Shown piece after piece: positions 38,532 to 47,597 of a DNA stretch of 64,000 nt. The notes beneath the pieces are model-generated. The model ran no database searches. It worked only from the letters and a program-made list of their open reading frames with translations, and had not been told where the DNA came from. Source of the stretch: an uncultured Chitinophagaceae bacterium (lineage in GTDB: Bacteria; Bacteroidota; Bacteroidia; Chitinophagales; Chitinophagaceae); assembly GCA_964424665.1 (NCBI GenBank), contig CAYRJM010000001.1, positions 15,395-79,394 of the forward strand. The letters run 5' to 3'. A program made the position numbers and the translations under genes. The number at the start of each line of letters is the position of its first letter. The stretch's first letter is position 1.

Positions 38532-41021
38532 TTACCTGAGTTTAACTTTATATCCTACTAAAATATTTACCTTTCGTGTCATAGAATCTCCTGATTTATC
38601 CGTTACTGTAAATAAAAATGAGGCCAACCCTTTATTTTCTGATTTAAATATTGCACGGTCATCAACTACTTTAACTTGTCCGTTTTTCACGGAATTAATC
38701 CTATAAACGGGGGCGTTGCTGTAGCCCGTGGTCAATTTTTTAAGACTTACTTCAACAGGGACTCCAGTAGGAGTACGGACATGCGGACTGGCCATCCAGG
38801 ACAGGTAGTCATTTAAACGGGTATATCCATCACCATCCTTGTCCTCATTGGCATCTGCAAAATTACCACTCGTCGAGTAAAGGTTGGTTTGATGAATAGA
38901 CTCCCACCAATCCGGTAGTCCGTCTTTGTCACTATCCCAATTATCGGGACGATGTTTTTCGGGATAATTTTCCCAGCCTCCGGCGTCCGCCTGGTCATCA
39001 GGAAAGCCAGGAAGGTTACTTACACTTCCGCGAACAGAAAACGTATCCGTAAGCGTTTCTTTTATTATTCTAACATCATGGTCATCCAAGGCGGGAAGGT
39101 TACATCCCACGTCAGATAAAACATTTTTATAGGCCCCTTCTGCGGTCTGTGTAGTGACATAAGCGGGGAAAAAAGGATTATCTACAAAATTATTGTAACT
39201 CACCGCTACTCCCGACGCCTTCCGGCCCCGCTTTTGGTTATGTTTATTAAATACACCCGGCATTATATTCCCTTTAAAATAACAGCGCTGCATTCCCTTT
39301 CCAGCCCCTTCGTTTTGCGCATTGAAGGCATAGAAAAATGTTGTTCCGGCTCCAGGTTGATAATAATTATTTACAAAATTTACTTGTTGTGCGCCGCCAT
39401 CCGTAGCACGGGTTCCCCAGTTGTAAACTACATTATTTCTGATGTCCAGCCTGCCGGCGTAATATCCGTTTCCATCTAATCCTCCCGCAAGGCTCCAATT
39501 TCTTCCGTAGCAATCTGCAATTAAATTGTGATGAAAGCTTCCTATGTCTCCACCAATACTCGCCGCATAGCCATGCGCTGTTCCAGGAGGATAATTATGA
39601 TGCCCCGCCACATTAAGCGCTTCGGATATCAAGGTTCTTTGCAAGGTTATATGATGAGCACCTCTTGAGCTAAAAGCCTCATCCATCGTCCAGCTGATGG
39701 AACAATGATCAATTATACTATGGTCACAACCCGTAAGCCCCATCCCCCCATAAGAAACATTCGGCTTTCCCAATCTAACCCGAATAAAACGAACGATGTC
39801 GTCATTTGCCGTTATACCAAAAGTTGCACTTCGGATACAAATCCCCTTTCCCGGAGCGGTCTGTCCGGCTACCGTGACATAAGGATCTGTAATATTTAAT
39901 CTTGACTTTAACGTTATCAATCCGGATACCGCAAAAACAATGGTTCTCGGTCCTATGTCATTTGTTATGGCTTCTCTTAAACTTCCCGGACCGCTGTCAT
40001 TTAGGTTAGTGACCGTGACCACCTTCCCTCCTCTGCCTCCACGAGCAAAACGACCATAGCCTTCGGCGCCGGGAAAAGCCAAATGGGCAGGCCTGAAATA
40101 CCAGACATTTCCTTTTACCGTATTTTCATTTTTAATTTCATCTACCCGCCAGTAATAGGTTTTCATGCTATTTACCGAATCTGCCATAAAAGATTCAAAG
40201 GTCGTATTTCCTTTGAATGCGGGAGAAGCATGATCGGCCAAAGCAACGGTTGCAGAATCTGTTCCAAAATAAATATCGTGAGACTCCACACCACCCGCTC
40301 CGGTCCATTTTAGCTCAAGCCTATCGTTTTCAGACACTGCATGTTCATTACCATTAAAAGGAATCGGATTTCTGGACTGCTCCTTAATATCAGGTGTATT
40401 TAGTTCAAAACCGTTTATCGTTACGTTTTTAACAGACGCCTCGCTAGCAGGAACTGGCTTAAAAACCACAACAACATCTTCTCCTTTCACCGCACTTAAA
40501 TGTAAATAGGCTGTTGCTACATTATATTTTTCCAGAACACGTACGCTGGGTTTGAGGTGATTCACCTGAAGGTTCCCATCCACATAAATATCAATAGGAC
40601 TGAAAGTTCTTCCCTTTGCACTTTGCTCAATATTATGGAAAGTAAGTAAAGTATGCGCTCCTGGGGCCAATCCACTGATGCGCATCTCAATGGCTCCGCC
40701 CTTATTGCCTTTTTCCACCGTAAGTCCATCTCCGGTTAACCGGGAGTCGACATCGCTTCTTATACCCGCTTTATACCAATCTGTCTTAAGTCCCGTCCCG
40801 TTCACGCCATGTTTAGCGAATGTTACTTTAATATTGCCAAAAACCCTGCTATTCGAGGAGGCTTCACTAATTACCCAAGGCTGATAACCCTCCTCAGTGA
40901 CCTGTCTTTCCGGCCTTCCTGAAATATTTAAATCCACTTTTAGCCTCTTCTGGCCCAATACCGAACAGGGAATAATCAAAAACAACACACAAGTAATATT
41001 TTTCAAAGAAGGCAGTGTCAT
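38532..41021 (-). CDS. PL1 pectate lyase with a ~290-aa N-terminal accessory module and C-terminal Ca-binding DxDxDG repeats (paralog A)
   Basis: 829 aa. The PL1 core has FPGAEGYGRFARGGRGGKVVTVTNLNDSGPGSLREA and VAGQTAPGKGICI. The C-terminal repeats are DSDKDGLPDWWE and DKDGDGYTRLNDYL. The N-terminal module includes IYFGTDSATV...YYWRVDEI. Confidence 0.8.
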   Translation of the reverse strand: MTLPSLKNITCVLFLIIPCSVLGQKRLKVDLNISGRPERQVTEEGYQPWVISEASSNSRVFGNIKVTFAKHGVNGTGLKTDWYKAGIRSDVDSRLTGDGLTVEKGNKGGAIEMRISGLAPGAHTLLTFHNIEQSAKGRTFSPIDIYVDGNLQVNHLKPSVRVLEKYNVATAYLHLSAVKGEDVVVVFKPVPASEASVKNVTINGFELNTPDIKEQSRNPIPFNGNEHAVSENDRLELKWTGAGGVESHDIYFGTDSATVALADHASPAFKGNTTFESFMADSVNSMKTYYWRVDEIKNENTVKGNVWYFRPAHLAFPGAEGYGRFARGGRGGKVVTVTNLNDSGPGSLREAITNDIGPRTIVFAVSGLITLKSRLNITDPYVTVAGQTAPGKGICIRSATFGITANDDIVRFIRVRLGKPNVSYGGMGLTGCDHSIIDHCSISWTMDEAFSSRGAHHITLQRTLISEALNVAGHHNYPPGTAHGYAASIGGDIGSFHHNLIADCYGRNWSLAGGLDGNGYYAGRLDIRNNVVYNWGTRATDGGAQQVNFVNNYYQPGAGTTFFYAFNAQNEGAGKGMQRCYFKGNIMPGVFNKHNQKRGRKASGVAVSYNNFVDNPFFPAYVTTQTAEGAYKNVLSDVGCNLPALDDHDVRIIKETLTDTFSVRGSVSNLPGFPDDQADAGGWENYPEKHRPDNWDSDKDGLPDWWESIHQTNLYSTSGNFADANEDKDGDGYTRLNDYLSWMASPHVRTPTGVPVEVSLKKLTTGYSNAPVYRINSVKNGQVKVVDDRAIFKSENKGLASFLFTVTDKSGDSMTRKVNILVGYKVKLR

Positions 41022-41036
41022 ACTATAAAAGTTAAG

Positions 41037-41070
41037 CCTGTTTATTATTTCTTTCCCTTATTCAAACAGG
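41037..41070 (-). terminator. Candidate intergenic stem-loop between the PL1 paralogs (7-bp stem, 20-nt loop)
   Basis: There is a perfect inverted repeat CCTGTTT (41037-41043) / AAACAGG (64-70). On the minus-strand transcript it is followed by the U-rich CUUAACUUUUAU. The stem is weak and the loop is large. Confidence 0.2.
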
Positions 41071-41073
41071 GGA

Positions 41074-43599
41074 TTACCTCAATTGGACCTGATATCCGCT
41101 TAATATGTTTACCGTTCTGGTCATGGCGTCTCCGTCTGCATCCGCTACCACGAAAGTAAAAGAAGACAATCCTTTTTGATCCGGAGTAAAGATTGCTTCA
41201 CCATTTTTAATCTCCACCTGGCCATTCATTACATTATGAATTGTAAATGAAGGATGATTGGTATACCCTCTGGTTAGTTTACCAAGGTTAATTTTAATTG
41301 TTTTTCCATTGGGGTTATTAACATGCGGGCGAGCCATCCAGGACAGGTAATCATTAAGGTTTGTATACCCATCGCCATCTTTATCGGCATTTGTATCAGA
41401 AAAGTCCCCTTTTTCGGAATGAGGATTTAAGCCATGAATAGATTCCCACCAATCAGGCAAGCCATCCTTATCACTATCCCAATTTTCCGGTCTGTGTTTT
41501 TCTGGGTACTTTTCCCAACCGCCCGCATCGGATTCATCGTCTGGAAATCCGGGCAGGCCACTTACACTGCCCCTGATAGAAAAGGTATCGTTCAACGTCT
41601 CATTGATAATTCTGACATCATGGTCATCAAGCATTGGAATATTGCACCCCACATCAGATAATACATTTTTATAAGCGTTATTAGCTGTTTGGGTAGTTAC
41701 ATAGGAAGGGAAAAACGGGTGATCCACGTATGTAGGGTAGTCCACCTTTCCGGAAACCATGCGACCTCGTTTCTCATTTCGTTCATCAAATACACCTGGC
41801 ATTGCGTTCCCCTTAAAATAACAACGCTGCATTCCTTTCCCGTAAAATTCATGTTGCGCATTGAACGCATAGAAAAAAGTAGTTCCTGCACCCGGTTTAT
41901 AATAATTATTGACAAAATTCACTTCATGCGCACCGCCGTCGGTAGCGCGCGTTCCCCAATTATAAACCACATTATTCCTGATATCCAATCTACCGGTATA
42001 CCATCCATTTCCATTTACGCCGCCGGCAAGGCTCCAGTTTCTGCCGTAGCAATCTGCTAATAAATTATGGTGAAAACTTCCGATATCTCCCCCTATACTC
42101 GCCGCATAACCATGCGCTGTTCCTGGCGGATAATTATGGTGCCCGGCCACGTTAAGCGCTTCTGAAATAAGGGTTCTCTGCAGGGTAATGTTATGCGCAC
42201 CTCTGGAGCTAAAAGCTTCGTCCATCGTCCAGCTAATAGAGCAATGGTCTACAATACTGTAATTACATCCGGTAAGCCCCATGCCACCATAGGATATATT
42301 GGGCTTTCCTAACCGGACTCTCATGAATCGGATAATATTGTCATCTCCCGTTACTCCCAAGGTCGCGTTCCTGATGCAGATACCTTTACCGGGAGCGGTT
42401 TGCCCGGCCACGGTAATATGGGAATCCGTCAGGTTTAGTCGTGATTTTAAAGTGATTAATCCCGAGACCGCGAAGACGATCGTACGGGGTCCGATATCGT
42501 TGGTCACGGCGGCTCTGAAACTTCCCGGCCCGCTATCATTTAAGTTTGTCACGACAACTACTTTCCCGCCTCTGCCACCGCGGGCAAAACGACCGTAACC
42601 TTCCGCCCCCGGAAAAGCTAAATGAGCCAGCCGAAAATACCATACGTTTCCTTTAATGACCTTATCCTTTTTTATTTCGTCTACCCGCCAGTAATAGTGT
42701 TTCATCGTATTGAGGCTGTCGGTAAGGAATGAAGTATAAACCATATTTCCCTTGTAGGTCGGCGAGGAATGGTCCGCAACCGCAACAGTTGCCGAATCTG
42801 TTCCGAAATAAACATCATGAGATTCTGCTCCATTTGCCGATACCCACTGCATCATAAGTTTATTGTTTTCCATGATAGCATGTTCATTTCCGTTAAAAGG
42901 GACCGGACTACGGGCCTGTTCTTTTATATTCGGAGTATTTAATTCAAAACCGTTGATAATCACATTTCTAACCGAAGCATTGCTACCCGGCGACGGCTTA
43001 AAAAGTAGCACGATATCCTTCCCTTTTTCAGCGTTCAAGCGTAAATAGGCCGTAGCAGTATTAAATTTTGTTAAAGCACGGACACTTGGCAAAAGATGGC
43101 TTACCCTGATCTCGCCATTTACATAGATGTCTATCGGGCTAAAAGTATTTCCGGAGGCGCTTTGCACCTCATTATGATATGTCAACAGGGTATGTTCTCC
43201 GGGCGTCAGCCCGCTGATACGCATTTCGATAGCTCCTCCGCTGTTCCCATCTTCAACGGTAATGCCATCACTGATCAACTTCGGTCTGGCTTCACTTCTC
43301 ATTCCTGCTTTGTACCAATCGGTTTTTAAACCTTTTCCAAAGTCGCCTTTTTTTGTAAAGGTAACTTTCACATCTCCAAAAGTTTTACTTACTGCAGGTT
43401 CCGATTGTATGACCCATGATTGAAATCCCAGTTTGTTCACTTCAGACAGGGGTCTGCCTGACAGGTCTAAATCTACTTTTACATCATTAGGCTGTGCCAA
43501 CAGGGTAATTGGCATGATCAAAAAGATAAAAAAAACACTCTCATAAAAGCCATGTTTAATTCTACGTAATTTTCTTTTAATAATACAAGTAATTGTCAT
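41074..43599 (-). CDS. PL1 pectate lyase with the same architecture (paralog B)
   Basis: 841 aa, collinear with paralog A along its full length. Long stretches are identical, for example SISWTMDEAFSSRGAH and ITLQRTLISEALNVAGHHNYPPGTAHGYAASIGGDIGSFHHNL on either side of a single H/N substitution. Confidence 0.8.
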   Translation of the reverse strand: MTITCIIKRKLRRIKHGFYESVFFIFLIMPITLLAQPNDVKVDLDLSGRPLSEVNKLGFQSWVIQSEPAVSKTFGDVKVTFTKKGDFGKGLKTDWYKAGMRSEARPKLISDGITVEDGNSGGAIEMRISGLTPGEHTLLTYHNEVQSASGNTFSPIDIYVNGEIRVSHLLPSVRALTKFNTATAYLRLNAEKGKDIVLLFKPSPGSNASVRNVIINGFELNTPNIKEQARSPVPFNGNEHAIMENNKLMMQWVSANGAESHDVYFGTDSATVAVADHSSPTYKGNMVYTSFLTDSLNTMKHYYWRVDEIKKDKVIKGNVWYFRLAHLAFPGAEGYGRFARGGRGGKVVVVTNLNDSGPGSFRAAVTNDIGPRTIVFAVSGLITLKSRLNLTDSHITVAGQTAPGKGICIRNATLGVTGDDNIIRFMRVRLGKPNISYGGMGLTGCNYSIVDHCSISWTMDEAFSSRGAHNITLQRTLISEALNVAGHHNYPPGTAHGYAASIGGDIGSFHHNLLADCYGRNWSLAGGVNGNGWYTGRLDIRNNVVYNWGTRATDGGAHEVNFVNNYYKPGAGTTFFYAFNAQHEFYGKGMQRCYFKGNAMPGVFDERNEKRGRMVSGKVDYPTYVDHPFFPSYVTTQTANNAYKNVLSDVGCNIPMLDDHDVRIINETLNDTFSIRGSVSGLPGFPDDESDAGGWEKYPEKHRPENWDSDKDGLPDWWESIHGLNPHSEKGDFSDTNADKDGDGYTNLNDYLSWMARPHVNNPNGKTIKINLGKLTRGYTNHPSFTIHNVMNGQVEIKNGEAIFTPDQKGLSSFTFVVADADGDAMTRTVNILSGYQVQLR

Positions 43600-43661
43600 A
43601 ATGCCAGTTTGTATTTTCTACAAATTATTAAATAGTATATTATTTGAGATGATACCGCGAA

Positions 43662-44792
43662 TTATTTTTTTGAGTCTTTTATTTCCGGGAACCGCAAGGC
43701 GCTCTTCCCTAAATTCTCGGAAGTAGCCACTGCAATTCCGCGTTGAAAAGATTTATTTACCGCACAGTAAAAATGATAGACCACTCCTTTCCATTTAACG
43801 ACGAAGGATTTATGAGCAAAGACCTCATCATAAGGTTCGGAGGGTTCAATCAAATTATCCCCATTCCAGTCTGTCCAGTGAACCAGGTCATAGGAACAGG
43901 CAAAGCGGTTAAAAGCCCCTTCCGTATCGGGCCAAAAGGCACCAAAGTAAAACATCACCCATAGCTCACCAATCTTTTGGATATAAGCGTCTCCTGTAAT
44001 GCCAGTATGATGATTCAATACCGGGTCTTCTCCATACCTTTTCCAGTGTGTCATGTCATCGGATACGGCCATTCCGATACGCTCCGCTCCGCGCTTTTCA
44101 TCCAGGCTATCACCATTTGCATTGTAATACATAATGAAGGGGTAGCCGAGGCTTTCTGATTTATCCCAAATCACGGTACTTTTGTATAAATCATGGTTGT
44201 CCCACCAACTTACCTCCTTATCTTTTACACTAAGGACCGGATGGTCCAGTCGTCGCCACTCGTGAGGCCGGGCGGGATTCCTCCGGGTATAGGCCATACC
44301 AATCGATAACACGCCGGCTTCATAGCCCCGGGTCCGCCCGCCGAAATAGGACATCCAATACTTATGATCGAATTTTTGAAGGTTATACTTCCCTCCCCAC
44401 CTATAATCTTGTAAAGAAATATAGCCCGCTTTTTGATTATTATCCCAATCGGTAGTATCGGAAAAGGAAAGAATCCTGCCCAGTGTTTCCCAATGCAATA
44501 AGTCTTTACTTCTGGCCAGCCATGTTTCATACCCCCGCCCGTCATACTTAATATAAGTCATATACCACTTCCCTGCTTTTCTGAAGATGCTTGGACAATC
44601 CACCTTTTTTGAATTCGCTGTGGACACAAGCACTAACCCGTATTTATAAGGTGTTTTTATCTCGTTATAAATATCATTCATCACGGAATCAGGCACTTTG
44701 TTGACCTCGGACTGGGCAAAGCTCATTTGGCCGCAGTACACTAAAATCGTTATCAATAACAGGGTCTTGTTATTAGATTTTATAGCTTTCAT
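43662..44792 (-). CDS. Secreted five-bladed beta-propeller glycosidase-like protein (GH43/clan GH-F-like; GH137-like not excluded)
   Basis: 376 aa with a signal peptide ending SFAQ. VDCPSIFRKAGKWYMTY resembles the GH43 general-base Asp context. Other blade-like blocks are DLLHWE, MTHWKRYGEDPVL, GELWVMFYFG and GVVYHFYCAV. Confidence 0.4.
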   Translation of the reverse strand: MKAIKSNNKTLLLITILVYCGQMSFAQSEVNKVPDSVMNDIYNEIKTPYKYGLVLVSTANSKKVDCPSIFRKAGKWYMTYIKYDGRGYETWLARSKDLLHWETLGRILSFSDTTDWDNNQKAGYISLQDYRWGGKYNLQKFDHKYWMSYFGGRTRGYEAGVLSIGMAYTRRNPARPHEWRRLDHPVLSVKDKEVSWWDNHDLYKSTVIWDKSESLGYPFIMYYNANGDSLDEKRGAERIGMAVSDDMTHWKRYGEDPVLNHHTGITGDAYIQKIGELWVMFYFGAFWPDTEGAFNRFACSYDLVHWTDWNGDNLIEPSEPYDEVFAHKSFVVKWKGVVYHFYCAVNKSFQRGIAVATSENLGKSALRFPEIKDSKK

Positions 44793-44801
44793 GCTTTTGA
44801 T

Positions 44802-47564
44802 TTACTCTATTTTAAAATTATATTTTCCGGATCCGGTTCTTATAAAAATCTTCCCATTTACTTTCTTAACGAGATGAACATATTTATTTTCGCTTAAGGT
44901 CTTCCCTCCCGCAGAAACTTTCTGATTTGGCTTAAAGGGCAAAATCAATATAGCCGAAGAATTCGCAGGGATGCTGACAGAAATGTTAAATCTCTTTCCA
45001 TCCAGTGACCACTTACTGCTTATCCTACCGTATGGAGACTCAAAATGCGTATTGGCGGCAGTTATATCTCCGACTATTTTCGGTGCAATTTTCACCTGTT
45101 TGTAGGCAATAGAACTATCTGTTTGTCCTATCCCGCCAATCCCCGCATAAAACCACTCCATGAGATGCCCCAACATAAAATGATTATTAGAAGCCGATGA
45201 AGACCCCAGCCAGGATTCGGTTAATGCCGTCGCTCCCTTTTTTATCTGATAGCCATAACCGGGGACATCGGTGCGGTTATTCATTTTAAATATCAATCCA
45301 GATTTTCCCGCTTGCTCCAAGACTTTTAACAAATAACGAAAACCTATATCTCCTGTGGTAAAGCTTGTATTGTGTTGTTTAATATCTTCAACAATGTTAT
45401 TAATTACATCACCTTTATATTGGGCTGGCACCAGATTCATATATACAGCAATTGCATTTGCCGTCTGGCTCCCTGAGGCGTATTCCTTTGTGTCAGCATG
45501 GAAAAAGGTACGATTAAAAGCCTCCTTTACTTTTTGGGCTAATGCCGTGTAGTGATGGGCATCCTCCTGTTGATTCAATAGACGCGCAATTTGAGCCATA
45601 AGGTTTAAATCATAGTAATAATAGGCGGTAGCCGTCACTCCATCAGGGGTTAACTGACTGAAGCCAGGACGTTCAGGTCCCAGATCATACCAGTCACTCA
45701 AACCAAAATACAATATATTATCCCTAGCCTTATTTCCTAAATAAGTAATATACTTTTGCATCATATCGTAACTGTGCTTCAGGACTCTTTTATCCCCAAA
45801 CCATTTATACATAAACCAGGGAACAATTATGCTGCTACTCCCCCATTCCGGAGAATCTCTAAAATCTCCGCCAAACTGTGTATATTCCGGGGCTATTTCA
45901 GGAACAAGTCCTTCTGAAGTTTGTGCGGCTTTCATGTTTTTAACGGTTCTTCTAAAGAGGTTTGCTATATCATAAGTAAAATGAACAGATGGGCCCATTA
46001 GATTCATTTGCTCTAACCAGCCTAGCTTTTCACGATGCGGACAATCAGTAAACAGGCTCATCATATTATTCTGAATCGCCCAATCAATTAGCTGATACGT
46101 CTGATTGAACAATTGATTGGAACAACTAAAACCTCCGATTTTTCTTGCCGCGTTTCGGGTATGTAATCCCTGAATGTTTGTTATTACCGGCAAGTCGGCT
46201 GGGTTCGGCTCGGTTACTGGAACACCGCCGACAACTTTGAGGTATCTATAACCATAGTACGTAAATCTGGGTTTCCAGCTTTCCTCCCCCATTCCTTTTA
46301 AAATGTACGTATAATAAAATGGCCCGCCAGAAGCCTTTTGACTGGGTACGCCCTGTTCATTTACTACTTCTGCCGGAATTATTTTCAGGCTATCTCCCTT
46401 GTGACCTTTTACGGTGATTTTGGGAATGCCAGCGGCATTTTGTCCCAAATCATATACCCAGGAGCTGTCGTCAAGTCTATAGATTTTTGTCGGTGAAAAT
46501 TTTCGAACGACCTTAATGGGATCAGTTATTTGAGCATAAAGTTCGGGGGGACCCTCAACTACAACCGCCGTCCGCCAATTATCATCATTAAAATCCGTTT
46601 CGGCCCAGCCTTCCTGCGCGAGGTTGGCATTATAATCTTCGCCTCCATAGATACTTGAATAAGTAACAGGTCCGGGGGCCGCTTTCCAACTATCGTCTGT
46701 TTTGACATAGGCTGACGTTCCATCCGTGTACTCCAGTTTAACCAGACAGATGACCTTTGGATAACCGTATTTTACGGTAAGTTTTCTATATCGATGCTGC
46801 CATACCGGAATATAGTAAAAGCCGTTTCCTAACATGACGCCTAATGCGTTTTCCCCTTTATTGAGTTCATCGGTGATATCAAAAGTCACATAAAGAGCCT
46901 CTTTTTCATATTGGGTCCATCCGGGGTCCATAAAATGATCACCAACTTTTTCCCCGTTTAGGTAGAGTTCAAACTGTCCCAGGCCTGAAATAAAGGCCGT
47001 AGCCCTTTTGATGTTTTTAGGAATTGAAAATATTTTCCTTAATAACGGCAGCGTATCGTTCCATTGTTTATGCTTATTGTAAGGTTGTCCGGGCAAGGCC
47101 TTATTCGAATCAGGCAGCCTGTTGTAGGCGATCCATTGTGCCTCTTTCCAATCACTTTGCGTAAATAATCCGGTTTGCCAATAGGATGTTTCACTCCAGG
47201 CGGAATCCTTTTTATTATCCCAGACCTGAACTTTCCAATAATAGGTTTTAGCTGGTTTTAATGGCCTGCCTTTATATTCTATCTGGATAGATGAGTCAGA
47301 ATAAATTTTGTCAGAGGTCCAGATATTGCCATCACCTGCCCTTAGAGACTTCAGGTTATCGGATACTAAGACCCGATAGGCGGTTTGTTCTACACCTTTA
47401 AGCTCGGAGGAAAGCTGCCAGCTCAAATGAGGCGAGGAGGTCTGAATCCCTAATGGGCTATCCTTATATTCGCATTTTAGCTGAATAACCTTCAATCCCT
47501 TTTCCGGCAGACGGCAACCCACTGCAAGGAAAAAAATCAGAAAAAGAAAATATTTATCCTTCAT
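44802..47564 (-). CDS. GH78 alpha-L-rhamnosidase
   Basis: 920 aa with lipobox LAVGC. Motifs are LKCEYKDSPLGIQTSSPHLSWQL and LFTDCPHREKLGWLEQ. Confidence 0.9.
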   Translation of the reverse strand: MKDKYFLFLIFFLAVGCRLPEKGLKVIQLKCEYKDSPLGIQTSSPHLSWQLSSELKGVEQTAYRVLVSDNLKSLRAGDGNIWTSDKIYSDSSIQIEYKGRPLKPAKTYYWKVQVWDNKKDSAWSETSYWQTGLFTQSDWKEAQWIAYNRLPDSNKALPGQPYNKHKQWNDTLPLLRKIFSIPKNIKRATAFISGLGQFELYLNGEKVGDHFMDPGWTQYEKEALYVTFDITDELNKGENALGVMLGNGFYYIPVWQHRYRKLTVKYGYPKVICLVKLEYTDGTSAYVKTDDSWKAAPGPVTYSSIYGGEDYNANLAQEGWAETDFNDDNWRTAVVVEGPPELYAQITDPIKVVRKFSPTKIYRLDDSSWVYDLGQNAAGIPKITVKGHKGDSLKIIPAEVVNEQGVPSQKASGGPFYYTYILKGMGEESWKPRFTYYGYRYLKVVGGVPVTEPNPADLPVITNIQGLHTRNAARKIGGFSCSNQLFNQTYQLIDWAIQNNMMSLFTDCPHREKLGWLEQMNLMGPSVHFTYDIANLFRRTVKNMKAAQTSEGLVPEIAPEYTQFGGDFRDSPEWGSSSIIVPWFMYKWFGDKRVLKHSYDMMQKYITYLGNKARDNILYFGLSDWYDLGPERPGFSQLTPDGVTATAYYYYDLNLMAQIARLLNQQEDAHHYTALAQKVKEAFNRTFFHADTKEYASGSQTANAIAVYMNLVPAQYKGDVINNIVEDIKQHNTSFTTGDIGFRYLLKVLEQAGKSGLIFKMNNRTDVPGYGYQIKKGATALTESWLGSSSASNNHFMLGHLMEWFYAGIGGIGQTDSSIAYKQVKIAPKIVGDITAANTHFESPYGRISSKWSLDGKRFNISVSIPANSSAILILPFKPNQKVSAGGKTLSENKYVHLVKKVNGKIFIRTGSGKYNFKIE

Positions 47565-47597
47565 TGAAAATAAAGATAGTTGGCCGGTAAAGAAACC

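Larger units (their letters stand above)
38532..43599 (-). repeat. Tandem gene duplication: two head-to-tail PL1 lyase paralogs separated by 52 nt
   Basis: Direct protein and nucleotide comparison by eye. The catalytic core is near-identical, while the N- and C-terminal modules are more diverged. Confidence 0.85.

Noticed and set aside
38532-39100. The C-terminal DxDxDG repeats and Ig-like tails of the PL1 lyases as dockerins or T9SS C-terminal sorting domains
   Set aside because: The repeats (DSDKDGLPDWWE, DKDGDGYT) match the thrombospondin-type-3-like Ca-binding motifs common in Bacteroidota PL1 enzymes. The final ~80 aa do not resemble the T9SS CTD pattern as I recall it. No cohesin or T9SS genes are nearby.
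43608-43624. An inverted repeat TTTGTA-ttttc-TACAAA just upstream of the PL1 paralog B start codon
   Set aside because: It is a 6-bp all-A/T-rich stem in AT-rich DNA with negligible predicted stability. It is not distinguishable from chance.
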